NCBI GenBank assembly: GCA_965202955.1
Contig: OZ241871.1
Coordinates: forward strand, 4,429,264 to 4,493,263
Source: Caldilineaceae bacterium
GTDB taxonomy: Bacteria > Chloroflexota > Anaerolineae > Caldilineales > Caldilineaceae
DNA: 64,000 nt
Reading direction: 5' to 3'
Of the stretch, positions 9,273-17,970 are shown one piece after another (within the stretch, counting starts at the first letter, position 1; each line of letters starts with the position of its first letter). Under the pieces are notes generated by a model that did not search any database, was not told the origin of the DNA, and worked only from the letters and a program-made list of their open reading frames with translations. The translations under genes and the position numbers were made by a program.

Positions 9273-10830
9273 CGTCTGGATCCTCCAACGTGGGATAGAA
9301 CGGCAGCGGCCAGCGGTTCGGATAGACGCCGGTGATTTCGTCTCCTTGCCAGGCGAACTGAAACCGATCACAGTTGGGCATTGTCTCGGCAGTGCGGCGA
9401 ACCGGCAGGTCGTAGGCCAGGACGAACTCCTTCCGGTCTTGCACCGTCTCCTTTGGAATGAATGCGAATTCGCCGATGAAACGCAGCGGGCAGGGCTGCC
9501 CGTCGACGGAGAGACGCAGCGTCTCCCGCGGGGCCCAACCGGGCACTCGCACGAGGAGATTGTCCGCCACGTGCAGGCGTACTGTAAGCATAGCGGCTCC
9601 CTTGCGCCTGCGGGACACGATCTCAACTTCGTCGTCGGCGTAGTCAAAGTGCAAATAGACAAACAGGCCCGCTTCCGAACGGTTGCAGATGTGCTGGCGA
9701 ACAGCGCAAAGCGTATGTACGATTTCGGCTGTGCCGCTCGGGTTGTAGCCCTTGCCGGCATGGGGATACCGGTTCGCCCCCCAACCCCCCACCTGTTTGG
9801 CAGAAACGCTACCCTCGGCGCTGCTCCGCAGGTCCTCCTCGGTCGACTGTCCGGGGAAAATACGGGCCCGCAGCAGCCGCTCGACATCATCGAAGAGTTC
9901 CGCACGGCCGGTGTGGAGCGCGATCCACAGGGCCAGCCGCACTGCTGCGCCGGTCGACTCCGTGTTGGCCAGCGGATTGCCCGACTCATCCGGGAACCGG
10001 AGCTGGCCCAGGTCATGCGCGACCCATCCGCACTCGTTGACCAGTTCGGGGATGGCCTTGCGGTAGGTGCGCAACACGGCATCCACATACGTATGCTGGT
10101 GCGTCAACAGCCCGAACTGCAACAACCCGCACATCGTGTAGAGGAAGGACTGGCGGTCGCCCTGATTTCCCTTGTCCGACAGGGACACCGGAGTGGTGCC
10201 GTCGGCGCTCGTCGAATGGGCGAGGTGGTAGTCCGCCAGCCGCTGCGCCAGGTCCAGCGCCAGTTCATCTCCGGTCGACCGATAGTACCAGACCAGTGCC
10301 TCGATCGAACGACCGTGAGATACGGTCAGATCAGGTCCGTTGGCGTGCGTGAACACCTCGTCAAACGAGTCTTCCTCTGTAACTGTGAAATGTTTGGAGT
10401 AGTCGAATTTTAGCGGGTCCCACCTGCCGTCTGACTGCACACAGCGGTTCAACGTCTCCACATAGCGGTGGCCGGCCTCCCGCGCCCAGCGGCTGTTCCT
10501 GTACTGAACGAGCGCATTGAAGGTCAGAATACCCTCGCGCACCGAGTGCAGCTCGAACCTGGGTTCGAGCCAGTCCAGGCCGGGCGGCACGAAGAGGAGC
10601 CCGTCCGGGTTGTCGCAGAGCCAGTGCAGGTTACGCAGCATCGCGCCTTCGAGATGGCCGGGGATGACAAATCCGGTCGCGTCTTCAAGGCGCAACAGGG
10701 CATCCCACAGGCGGGCGAGATCATGTGTAATCAGCCAACTGCCGGTTGGCAGGTAATCCCTTTCCGGATTGAGCCAGCCCAGCAAATGATGTCCTCCCAG
10801 ATCCATCGACTTTTGCAAAACATCGGTCAT
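9265..10830 (-). CDS. Hypothetical protein, probably an alpha/alpha-toroid (six-hairpin glycosidase-like) fold plus a C-terminal beta domain
   Basis: Preferred start is ATG 10830 (MTDVLQKSMDLGGHHLLGWLNPERDYLP...), preceded by GGAGAAGAG. Periodic helical-hairpin signatures occur (HGRSIEALVWYYRSTGDE, TGAAVRLALWIALHTG). Coding is well supported by length, codon bias and the stop/start overlap with the next gene. The family assignment is weak. Confidence 0.6.
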   Translation of the reverse strand: MTDVLQKSMDLGGHHLLGWLNPERDYLPTGSWLITHDLARLWDALLRLEDATGFVIPGHLEGAMLRNLHWLCDNPDGLLFVPPGLDWLEPRFELHSVREGILTFNALVQYRNSRWAREAGHRYVETLNRCVQSDGRWDPLKFDYSKHFTVTEEDSFDEVFTHANGPDLTVSHGRSIEALVWYYRSTGDELALDLAQRLADYHLAHSTSADGTTPVSLSDKGNQGDRQSFLYTMCGLLQFGLLTHQHTYVDAVLRTYRKAIPELVNECGWVAHDLGQLRFPDESGNPLANTESTGAAVRLALWIALHTGRAELFDDVERLLRARIFPGQSTEEDLRSSAEGSVSAKQVGGWGANRYPHAGKGYNPSGTAEIVHTLCAVRQHICNRSEAGLFVYLHFDYADDEVEIVSRRRKGAAMLTVRLHVADNLLVRVPGWAPRETLRLSVDGQPCPLRFIGEFAFIPKETVQDRKEFVLAYDLPVRRTAETMPNCDRFQFAWQGDEITGVYPNRWPLPFYPTLEDPDDV

Positions 10831-11029
10831 CCGCTCTTCTCCAGCGAGATTTAGGGGCGAATTCCGTGCCTTTGGCCGGCGGGGCGATTCCTGGACCTGG
10901 CAGGACTGACCGGTCTGATATCGGGTCGGGAATGGCTGGACACGCACTTGCGATGGGACTGCACTTGCACTGTCCAGTAGCCGGGCAGTGGAGCAGGATG
11001 TAGAGGCAGCGCGTCACGTTTTGTGGGAG

Positions 11030-11935
11030 TCAGCCCTTCACGGCCCCCAGCGTCAGACCCCTGATGAAGTAGCGCTGTACAAACGGGTAAACCAGCATGA
11101 TAGGTACCGAGCCGATCATGACCATCGCGGCGGCAAGCGCCTCCGGGGTTGCATCCTTGAGAAAGGTGAGGTCGTCCTTGCCGTGGAAGAGCGAGCTCAT
11201 CAGCGTCCCCTGCAGCCTCTGCTGCGTCACCTGGTTATAGAGGTAGCTCTGCAGCGGCCACTGGTCTGCATGCCGCAGATAGATGATGCCATCGAACCAG
11301 GAGTTCCAATGGGTGACCGCCGCAAACAAGCCGACGGTCGCCATCGAAGGCAGCGACAGCGGCAGAAAGATGCGGACCAGGACCTGGATATGGTTCGCGC
11401 CGTCCATAAGCGCCGATTCAGACAGCTCCCTGGGAATGCCGCGGAAGAAGTTGATGATCAGGATGGCGAAGAATATGTTAAGAGCGACAGGCAGGACGAG
11501 CACTGCAAAATGGTCGAGCAGGCCGAGGCTCTTGTAGGCCAGGTAGGTGGGGATCAACCCGCCATGAAACAGGAGCCCAAAGACCATGACAATCTTGAAG
11601 ACCGTGCGTCCTGGAATGTACAGATGGTCCTGTGATAACGGGTATGCGGTGAGCGCAATGACCGCCAAATTGAGCGTAACGCCGACCGTGACCCGGGCGA
11701 CCGAGACGCCAAACGCGCCAAGAAAAGACTTCTCCTTCATCAGAAAAGCGTAGTTGTCAATGTTGAATCCAATCGGCCAAAGCCCCACCTGGTTCGTTGT
11801 CACCGCATGCGCGCTGCTGAATGACTTGGCGATCACGGCGACGAAAGGGAGTATGCAGACCAACACGAGCAATGTCGTGACGATCCAGATGATGGCATTG
11901 GCGATGACATCGCCTAAGTGCCGTTCCTCAACCAT
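11030..11935 (-). CDS. ABC sugar transporter permease (LplC/YtcP-type)
   Basis: 301 aa, multi-TM. EAA loop ESALMDGANHIQVLVRIFLPLSLP. Follows the LplB-type permease. Confidence 0.9.
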   Translation of the reverse strand: MVEERHLGDVIANAIIWIVTTLLVLVCILPFVAVIAKSFSSAHAVTTNQVGLWPIGFNIDNYAFLMKEKSFLGAFGVSVARVTVGVTLNLAVIALTAYPLSQDHLYIPGRTVFKIVMVFGLLFHGGLIPTYLAYKSLGLLDHFAVLVLPVALNIFFAILIINFFRGIPRELSESALMDGANHIQVLVRIFLPLSLPSMATVGLFAAVTHWNSWFDGIIYLRHADQWPLQSYLYNQVTQQRLQGTLMSSLFHGKDDLTFLKDATPEALAAAMVMIGSVPIMLVYPFVQRYFIRGLTLGAVKG

Positions 11936-12009
11936 CGCCTTTCCCCCTATTGTGCCTTCGCCGATCTACGAAAACAGCCAGCCAACAACCGGAATGCGAC
12001 TGCCGCGCG

Positions 12010-12984
12010 CTAGAAGATGCGATAATTCGCGTACCTGTCCGCCAGCCAGTAGGACAGCCAGACAAGGATAAATCCAACCACCGACCTGAACATGCCGACG
12101 GCCGTACCCAGGCTGAACTCGCCTGTCAAGAGGCCGACCCGGTAGACGTAGGTGTCGAGAATGTCGCCGGTCGAAAACACGATCGGGTTGATGAAGACCA
12201 GGATCTGCTCGAATCCGGCGTTGAGAACATAACCGAGGCTGAGACAGGCCAGAAGCGCGATGATCGGGGCGATACCGGGGATGCTCACATGCCTGAGCCG
12301 CGCCCAGCGGCCCGCGCCGTCGACCGCGGCCGCCTCATACGTCTCAGGATTGATCCCGGTCAGCGCGGCCAGGTAGATCACCGCGCCCCATCCAAACTCC
12401 TTCCACGTCTCCAGGCCGATCATCGTGTAGGGAAAGATCCTGGGGTCGCCGAGAAAGCTGATCGTCGAGAAGCCAAGCGACTCGATGGCCCGGTTCACGA
12501 TCCCCGACCGGTTCAGGATCTCAACCATCACGCCGCCGATCAGCACCCACGACAGAAAGTGGGGCAACGTTGTCGTCGTCTGCGCCACCCGTTTGAATAC
12601 CGAGCTCCGAACCTCGTTGATCGTCAGCGCAAACGCCAGCGCAATGACCTGGCCCAGAATGATCTTCCCCAGGGCGATGCCGAGGGTATTGCGGATGACA
12701 TTGAAGGCGTCCGGTCCCTCGAAGAAACGGCGGAAGTTCTCCAGGCCGACAAAAGGCGAGCCCATCACGCCTTTGAACGCGCTGTATTTCACAAATGCGA
12801 TGGAAAGGCCCCAGAGGGGATACAGGTGAAACAGGATGAGAAGAACGGCCGCGGGCAGCAGCATCGCGTAGATCATCCAGTGCTGGCGCCATACCACCCT
12901 GAAGGGAGGTTTTTCCTCCGTATATCCCTCGGAGAGCGCGATAGATCCGGGCGATGACCCCGTGAGAGAACTCTCGACAGCCAT
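12010..12984 (-). CDS. ABC sugar transporter permease (LplB-type)
   Basis: 324 aa, multi-TM. EAA loop EAAAVDGAGRWARLRHVSIPGIAP. Confidence 0.9.
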   Translation of the reverse strand: MAVESSLTGSSPGSIALSEGYTEEKPPFRVVWRQHWMIYAMLLPAAVLLILFHLYPLWGLSIAFVKYSAFKGVMGSPFVGLENFRRFFEGPDAFNVIRNTLGIALGKIILGQVIALAFALTINEVRSSVFKRVAQTTTTLPHFLSWVLIGGVMVEILNRSGIVNRAIESLGFSTISFLGDPRIFPYTMIGLETWKEFGWGAVIYLAALTGINPETYEAAAVDGAGRWARLRHVSIPGIAPIIALLACLSLGYVLNAGFEQILVFINPIVFSTGDILDTYVYRVGLLTGEFSLGTAVGMFRSVVGFILVWLSYWLADRYANYRIF

Positions 12985-13083
12985 GCTGAATCGTCACTTT
13001 CGCCAGGCGACCTGGCCAAACGCTGCTGGGACTATGTGCGGGGGAAGTGGACTCCAGGGCGAAGCCACCTCCCCCAATTCGCG

Positions 13084-13142
13084 CCGACTCAAGGTCCTGG
13101 CGGTCCTGAGTCGGAGCGGAACTGCTCGGCCGGCGCGCCGGC
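13084..13142 (-). other. Stem-loop and GC palindrome in the gap between the binding-protein gene and the permease gene
   Basis: CCGACTCA (13084-13091) pairs with TGAGTCGG (13107-13114). A perfect 14-nt palindrome GCCGGCGCGCCGGC sits at 13129-13142. Both lie in the 199-nt gap between the stop at 13184 and the permease start at 12984. Confidence 0.4.
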
Positions 13143-13183
13143 TTCGTCTGGCTTGTGAATCCGCACGGCGGCCGGCCAGGTCC

Positions 13184-14905
13184 TTAAGAGTCCTTGTACG
13201 ACTCGTACCAGGCGTTGACGTCCTCGGCGACCTCATCCCCGCCAAGCTCGTGCCACCTGCTGACGTACTCTTCGAACGCGTCAAGGGGCTTCAGGCCGAG
13301 GACGATCGACAGGTAGAACTCGTCCTCCATCTTCTGCAGATCGGGCAGCAGCTCGTTCATCCGCGGCGTATTGACGCCGAGAAACTCGTTCTCTATCTCG
13401 TACTCGGCCTCCTCGAACAGCTGGGCGTATGCCACCTCCTGGCGGGCCAGCCCTGGGTCGCGAATGAAGTACTTCTCGACCTTGGACAGCTCCGACGGGT
13501 CCATCTTCCGCAGCCTCTGCCTGTTGAGGTCGGCGTGGCGCTGGTATCCGGGATAGGTCGCGTGATGGAAGCCGACATCCCTGAACGAGGTGCCGGTCTG
13601 CCACTCGAGCAGCGTGATCTCGCAGTTCTCGTCCCACTCCCAGTCGTAGCCTTCCTGGAAGAGGCCGTCGTTCCCCATGTCGTCGAGCGGGCCGTAGGCG
13701 TTGTGTTTCACCGGCCCGTTGACGTGCAGCTCGCGCTGGTGGTTCAGCTGCTGGATCAGGGCCTCGACCTTGATGTCCTCCAGGTCGTGGCGGAAGACCC
13801 AGGCGTGGAACACGGGGCTGGTCCATCTGCGGCCGCGCTCGCCGGTCGGTCCTGTAGGCAGCGGCATCGTCTTGAACTCACCCTGCACCTTCTTTTCGAT
13901 CTCGACGATGCGCGATGTGCCCCACATCGGCATCGTAACGATGCCGGCATTGTCGTCGGCGGCCGTATTCAGCCCCGAGGCCCAGTCCAACGTATGGAAA
14001 TCGGGGTCCATCAGGCCATCGTTGTACCAGCCGTTGAGGAGCTCCAACACATCCTTGTTTGTATCGGTCAGGCTGTCGTAGATCAGCTTGCCGTCACCGT
14101 AGTCGCGCCACAGACCGGGCATCACCCGGTAGGCGCCGAAAATCTTGGTGAAGTCGTGCGCCCAGGAAAAGAGGCTCTTCTGGGCCGTGATGCCGTAGGC
14201 GCAAAGCCCCTCTTCGTTGAAGGCGTGCAGGGTCTTATCCCAGCCTTCGACGCTGTCCGGCATCGGCATGTCCAGCTGCTCCAGCCAGTCGTTGCGAATC
14301 CAGCTGATCGTGCAGAAGACCTTGTCGGTAATCCCCAGGTCCAGGCCATACAACTCCTGCCGGTTGTTGCGGAAGCAGTGAATCCAGTTCTTTCCTTCCG
14401 GATAGCGATGGACCTCGAGTGAGAGCGGCGACGCCGTGGCCTCCCAGATGTCCTTGATCTCCTTTAGTGCACCCTCGTCAATCAACTGATTGAACAGAGG
14501 GTCCTGAAGGTTGATCATGTCGGGCATCGTGCCCGCGGCGAGGTCGGCCTGCAGCTTCTGCTGGCGCAGCTCACCGTCAGCCATCCAATGGATGTTGAAC
14601 TTGATCCCCATCTCTTCCAAATACCAGTTGTAGTAGGGGTTGTTGGTGGCATCGTAGCCCGGCGCGAAGGTGGGCCAGGCATTAAAGGGGACGGAAACTT
14701 CGACGACCGGATCGTACTTAATTGGCGCAGGCGGCCAGCCCGACACCCAGTCTTGCTCACAATCTGAACCGGCTGATACTACTCCCTCGCTTACCGCTTC
14801 AGGCGCAGCCGGCTCAGGGGCGCCGCAGGCCGCGGCGGCCACCGCCCCTGTCGCAATCGCTGTTGCCCGCAAGAAATCTCGACGACTCAGCTTTCCGTTC
14901 TTCAT
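13184..14905 (-). CDS. Extracellular solute-binding lipoprotein, LplA-type, with Tat signal
   Basis: Preferred start is ATG 14905 with an AAGGAG RBS: MKNGKLSRRDFLRATAIATGAVAAAACGAP. This carries the twin-arginine motif SRRDFL and a lipobox AAAC. About 570 aa, the large binding-protein class that pairs with LplB/LplC permeases. Confidence 0.9.
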   Translation of the reverse strand: MKNGKLSRRDFLRATAIATGAVAAAACGAPEPAAPEAVSEGVVSAGSDCEQDWVSGWPPAPIKYDPVVEVSVPFNAWPTFAPGYDATNNPYYNWYLEEMGIKFNIHWMADGELRQQKLQADLAAGTMPDMINLQDPLFNQLIDEGALKEIKDIWEATASPLSLEVHRYPEGKNWIHCFRNNRQELYGLDLGITDKVFCTISWIRNDWLEQLDMPMPDSVEGWDKTLHAFNEEGLCAYGITAQKSLFSWAHDFTKIFGAYRVMPGLWRDYGDGKLIYDSLTDTNKDVLELLNGWYNDGLMDPDFHTLDWASGLNTAADDNAGIVTMPMWGTSRIVEIEKKVQGEFKTMPLPTGPTGERGRRWTSPVFHAWVFRHDLEDIKVEALIQQLNHQRELHVNGPVKHNAYGPLDDMGNDGLFQEGYDWEWDENCEITLLEWQTGTSFRDVGFHHATYPGYQRHADLNRQRLRKMDPSELSKVEKYFIRDPGLARQEVAYAQLFEEAEYEIENEFLGVNTPRMNELLPDLQKMEDEFYLSIVLGLKPLDAFEEYVSRWHELGGDEVAEDVNAWYESYKDS

Positions 14906-15192
14906 CGCATTGCTCCTTGACACAGTGGTAGGGAAGTCTACGAATTCCAAAGAACGATTCTGGGCTGGTACCCGGGCCTCACGTTGCAGCTATTTTTTTG
15001 TCTGGCGACCTCCTTTCTTCTTTTGGCGACCGAGCCGGACTGCCTCTCCGAGGCGGCTCAGGTTCCCAAGACTGGCTGCACCGAAAGTCGCCAAATTCAC
15101 GCGGACTCCGGCCAAGACTGGAGGGCACACAACTGCGTGTGCTCTTCTGGGGGCATGGCAACAACCGGAAAACAACCGACTGAGCCACAAAA

Positions 15193-16122
15193 TTATAGAT
15201 ACTGTCCCTTCCTTTGTGCAAACGCCTCCAATTCGGCCCTTGTCGGCAGGCCGTCAATCACGCCCAGGAAGGTCGTGGTGTAGGCCCCGGCGTAGGTGGC
15301 ACGACGCACTGCCTCGCGCAGCGAATGCCCCTCGCAGAGGGCGACCGCCAGGGCGGCATTGAAGCTGTCACCAGCCCCGGTTACGTCCAGCGCCTCCACC
15401 GGGACCGCCGCAATCTCTTCAGTTTCGCTCGCGGTCACGATGATTGCACCCTCCTCGCCGCGGGTGACCACGATCCGATCTACGCCCAGCTCCAGCAGCC
15501 GGCCCGCGAGGTCTAAGGTTGGTGTCGGGTCGTCGGGCGGCAGGCCGAGCAGGATCCGGGTCTCGCTCTCGTTGGGCGTCAGGACGTCGACGTTTGCAAG
15601 GAGGCTGGGTTCAACGGTCTGCCCGGGGGCCGGATTCAGGATGGTCATGGCGCCGTACTTCCTGCCGAGCTCGAGGCCGCGCGCCGTCGATTCCAGCGGC
15701 ACCTCGAACTGGGCCATGACGATGTCGCTGCGGGCGATGATGGATTCGGCCGCATCCACGTGGTGCGGGCGCATCCGCATGTTCGCGCCCAGATGCCCCA
15801 CGATCCAGTTGTCGCCGGAGGGCAGCAGGGTGACCAGGCCGACGCCGGTATTGATGTCGGGGATGCGGTGTAAGTGTGCGGTCGAGATGCCCTCCCCTTC
15901 GAAAAGCGGGCCGGCCATCTCGGCGAACAGGTCGTCTCCCACGCACGCAATCAGATCGACGTGCGCGCCCAGCCGCGCGGCGGCGATGGCCTGGTTGGCC
16001 CCCTTGCCGCCCGGACCCATGTCGAACAGGTCGCCGATCAGCCCTTCGCCGACAACCGGCTTGCGCGGAACGCGTACTGTCAGACCTGCCACGAAGCTGC
16101 CGATCACCACTATGTCAGGCAT
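15193..16122 (-). CDS. rbsK: Ribokinase-like PfkB-family sugar kinase
   Basis: GPGGKGANQAIAAARLG and DVTGAGDSFNAALAVAL are ribokinase/PfkB signatures. ATG 16122 lies 6 nt after GGAGGA; the track uses TTG 16128. Substrate is not proven. Confidence 0.75.
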   Translation of the reverse strand: MPDIVVIGSFVAGLTVRVPRKPVVGEGLIGDLFDMGPGGKGANQAIAAARLGAHVDLIACVGDDLFAEMAGPLFEGEGISTAHLHRIPDINTGVGLVTLLPSGDNWIVGHLGANMRMRPHHVDAAESIIARSDIVMAQFEVPLESTARGLELGRKYGAMTILNPAPGQTVEPSLLANVDVLTPNESETRILLGLPPDDPTPTLDLAGRLLELGVDRIVVTRGEEGAIIVTASETEEIAAVPVEALDVTGAGDSFNAALAVALCEGHSLREAVRRATYAGAYTTTFLGVIDGLPTRAELEAFAQRKGQYL

Positions 16123-16349
16123 AGGCAATCCTCCAAGTGAGCGGGCCGCGTTCGAGACCTGGTGGAGGCTGTTATGTGGGTTTTCAAGTGATTTCGCGGA
16201 CTATGATATTGACCAATTTCTACCATACGCAGAGGCGCTCGTCAACACGCCGAAATGGAGGCAAGTTTCGCCGAGTGCACTCTTGGCTCGGGAGGCTGCG
16301 GGCTGCGCCGGAGTTTGCTCTATGCCAAAGGACGGCCGTTGGCGAACCC

Positions 16350-16378
16350 TTGTCCACCGCTTCGAATTTGCGTATACT
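16350..16378 (+). promoter_or_regulatory. Putative sigma-70-type promoter for the diiron-protein gene
   Basis: TTGTCC (16350-16355), 17-nt spacer, TATACT (16373-16378), about 50 nt upstream of ATG 16429. Pattern match only. Confidence 0.3.
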
Positions 16379-16428
16379 TTGCTTGCGATCAGCTCCGCAG
16401 CCGCTCCTCACGACAGGAGGTGAACGGC

Positions 16429-17718
16429 ATGAACTGTGTTTACCAGTACGCCGGACTGGGCCGGGCCAAAGAAACCGGCCTCAGCGTGGAACAAAGCGCC
16501 CGCCAGATCCGGCGGCTTGCCTATGTCGAAGAGAGGCTCATGTTTCTGCAGGCCGTGCACATCGTCACGACGCCGCAGCGGGATCTGAAGGCGCTGCTGT
16601 CGCGGTTGCAGTATGAAGACGGCCTCCACTCCGATCGGTTGAAGAATCGACTGACTGAACTGCGTACTTCGCAAGTCAGGAGCCACCGCGCGCCCGACGA
16701 GCGGCTAAAGCTTCTCTTCGACGAAGCGATGTTTTCTGCCGGCAGCGTCGAACTGCTCGCGGCGCTGGTCAAGGTGTTCAAGCCGGCCCTGTTGGAGGTC
16801 TACCGCAGCTACGTGGCCCGGACTAATGGCTTGGCAGACTACGAATCGGTGCGGTTGATGCGGAGCATCATCGTTGAGGAAGAAGAGGGTCTGCGCTTGC
16901 TTGAGGCCGCCTACAGTGAAGTTGTGAATTCAGCCACGAAAGAGGCGCAGGCGCAGAGTTGGGCCGCCACACTGCAAAGCATGCTGCGCGCCTCCGGCGG
17001 GATCAGCGGGGAAATGGAAGTCGAAGAAGGGCGCGCAACCGTTGAGGCCGAGCGCAGCCGTGGAGTCGAGTTTCATGTCGCGCGCAAGCCGGAGCGTGAT
17101 GACACGTTCCGGCATGTATGGGATATTGTCCATGTAGATGAAGACCGAATTCCGGAGCGGTTCGTTCAGATGATAGCCACCCGGCTGGGCGAGCTCACCA
17201 TCGCAGAGGCGCTGGCCATTGTTTTGTGGGACGTGAAAGGGCAGCCCTGGTCGTTCTATGCGGCGATTTCCCGCCATATGTGGGACGAGATGCGCCACTC
17301 GTTGTTCGGAGAGGCCGCCGCGGAGCATGTTTACGGCGACCGAGGCGTAATGCCGCTGCGCGACTTTGAGATTGAATACCTGTTCAAGATGTCGCCGCTC
17401 GAGCTCTACGCCATGTTGGGGATCGGCGTTGAAGCCGCCCTGATGAAGTATCCGCCGGGCAAGCGGGCCGAGTACGAGTTCTGCCGCGACCAGGCGCGCC
17501 ATCCGCTGATGACTACATTTCAGGATTTCGACTGGGCGGACGAAGTTGAACACGTGAATATCGCCCGCCGGCAGTTGAGAGAGTGGTACTCCGGTGACAG
17601 CGAAGATCTGGTCGCCCTGGCAGAGAAAGGCATGGAGTTCCGCGCCCGAACGCGCCGGCTCCACTCTCCGTCTCCGATGCCCGATCTTTCCGTCAGCTCG
17701 GAACAGGACGCCGGCTGA
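16429..17718 (+). CDS. Ferritin-like diiron-carboxylate protein (two helical halves; C-terminal half carries the E...ExxH...E...ExxH ligand set)
   Basis: The track ORF starts at 16255. I prefer ATG 16429 with the RBS CAGGAGG (MNCVYQYAGLGRAKETG...). Candidate metal ligands in the C-terminal half are LTIAEAL, WDEMRHS, GVEAAL and ADEVEHV. No closer family is recognised. Confidence 0.7.
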   Translation: MNCVYQYAGLGRAKETGLSVEQSARQIRRLAYVEERLMFLQAVHIVTTPQRDLKALLSRLQYEDGLHSDRLKNRLTELRTSQVRSHRAPDERLKLLFDEAMFSAGSVELLAALVKVFKPALLEVYRSYVARTNGLADYESVRLMRSIIVEEEEGLRLLEAAYSEVVNSATKEAQAQSWAATLQSMLRASGGISGEMEVEEGRATVEAERSRGVEFHVARKPERDDTFRHVWDIVHVDEDRIPERFVQMIATRLGELTIAEALAIVLWDVKGQPWSFYAAISRHMWDEMRHSLFGEAAAEHVYGDRGVMPLRDFEIEYLFKMSPLELYAMLGIGVEAALMKYPPGKRAEYEFCRDQARHPLMTTFQDFDWADEVEHVNIARRQLREWYSGDSEDLVALAEKGMEFRARTRRLHSPSPMPDLSVSSEQDAG

Positions 17719-17862
17719 CATACGCGCAAGCGGAATCCAGGCAGTTACGGTTGCATCAGGGCCAGCTAGCAGGTCCCTCTGTCAATTGGATTGAGCCCTC
17801 CGCGGCGGTCGAGTGAGTGGCCGCAGCGCCGTGGCAGTGGCCGAAAACAGGTACAGAGTTGG

Positions 17863-17890
17863 TTGCATTTTCGACGAATATCCTTAGACT
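17863..17890 (+). promoter_or_regulatory. Putative internal promoter ahead of the aldolase gene
   Basis: TTGCAT (17863-17868), 16-nt spacer, TAGACT (17885-17890), in the 252-nt gap upstream of GTG 17971. Pattern match only. Confidence 0.25.
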
Positions 17891-17970
17891 GTACCTGGAG
17901 ATGGTGCCATCGCGTTGTCAAAGAGACTTCAAAGTCGCCGCACGAAAACCGTCAGGGGGGAACCGAACAC

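Noticed and set aside
6714-10088. 1124-aa ORF in the track
   Set aside because: It is a 5' over-extension. The family-typical N-terminus (MFDVDYRAL...PIGNGRTGTMVW) begins at ATG 9272. The upstream 270 codons are Arg/Cys/Pro-rich and overlap the real gene at 9265-10830.
12962-14422. 486-aa plus-strand ORF
   Set aside because: It is antisense to the well-supported LplA-type binding-protein gene. Its composition is dominated by Leu/Val/Arg/Pro, as expected from reading a high-GC gene backwards.
14979-15192. Hairpin GAGCC-GGACT-GCCTC-TCC-GAGGC-GGCTC and small ORFs downstream of the kinase gene, considered as a rho-independent terminator or small gene
   Set aside because: On the kinase strand (minus) the hairpin is followed by an A-rich run rather than a U-rich one. 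The overlapping 60-100-aa ORFs have junk-like composition. I left the region unannotated.
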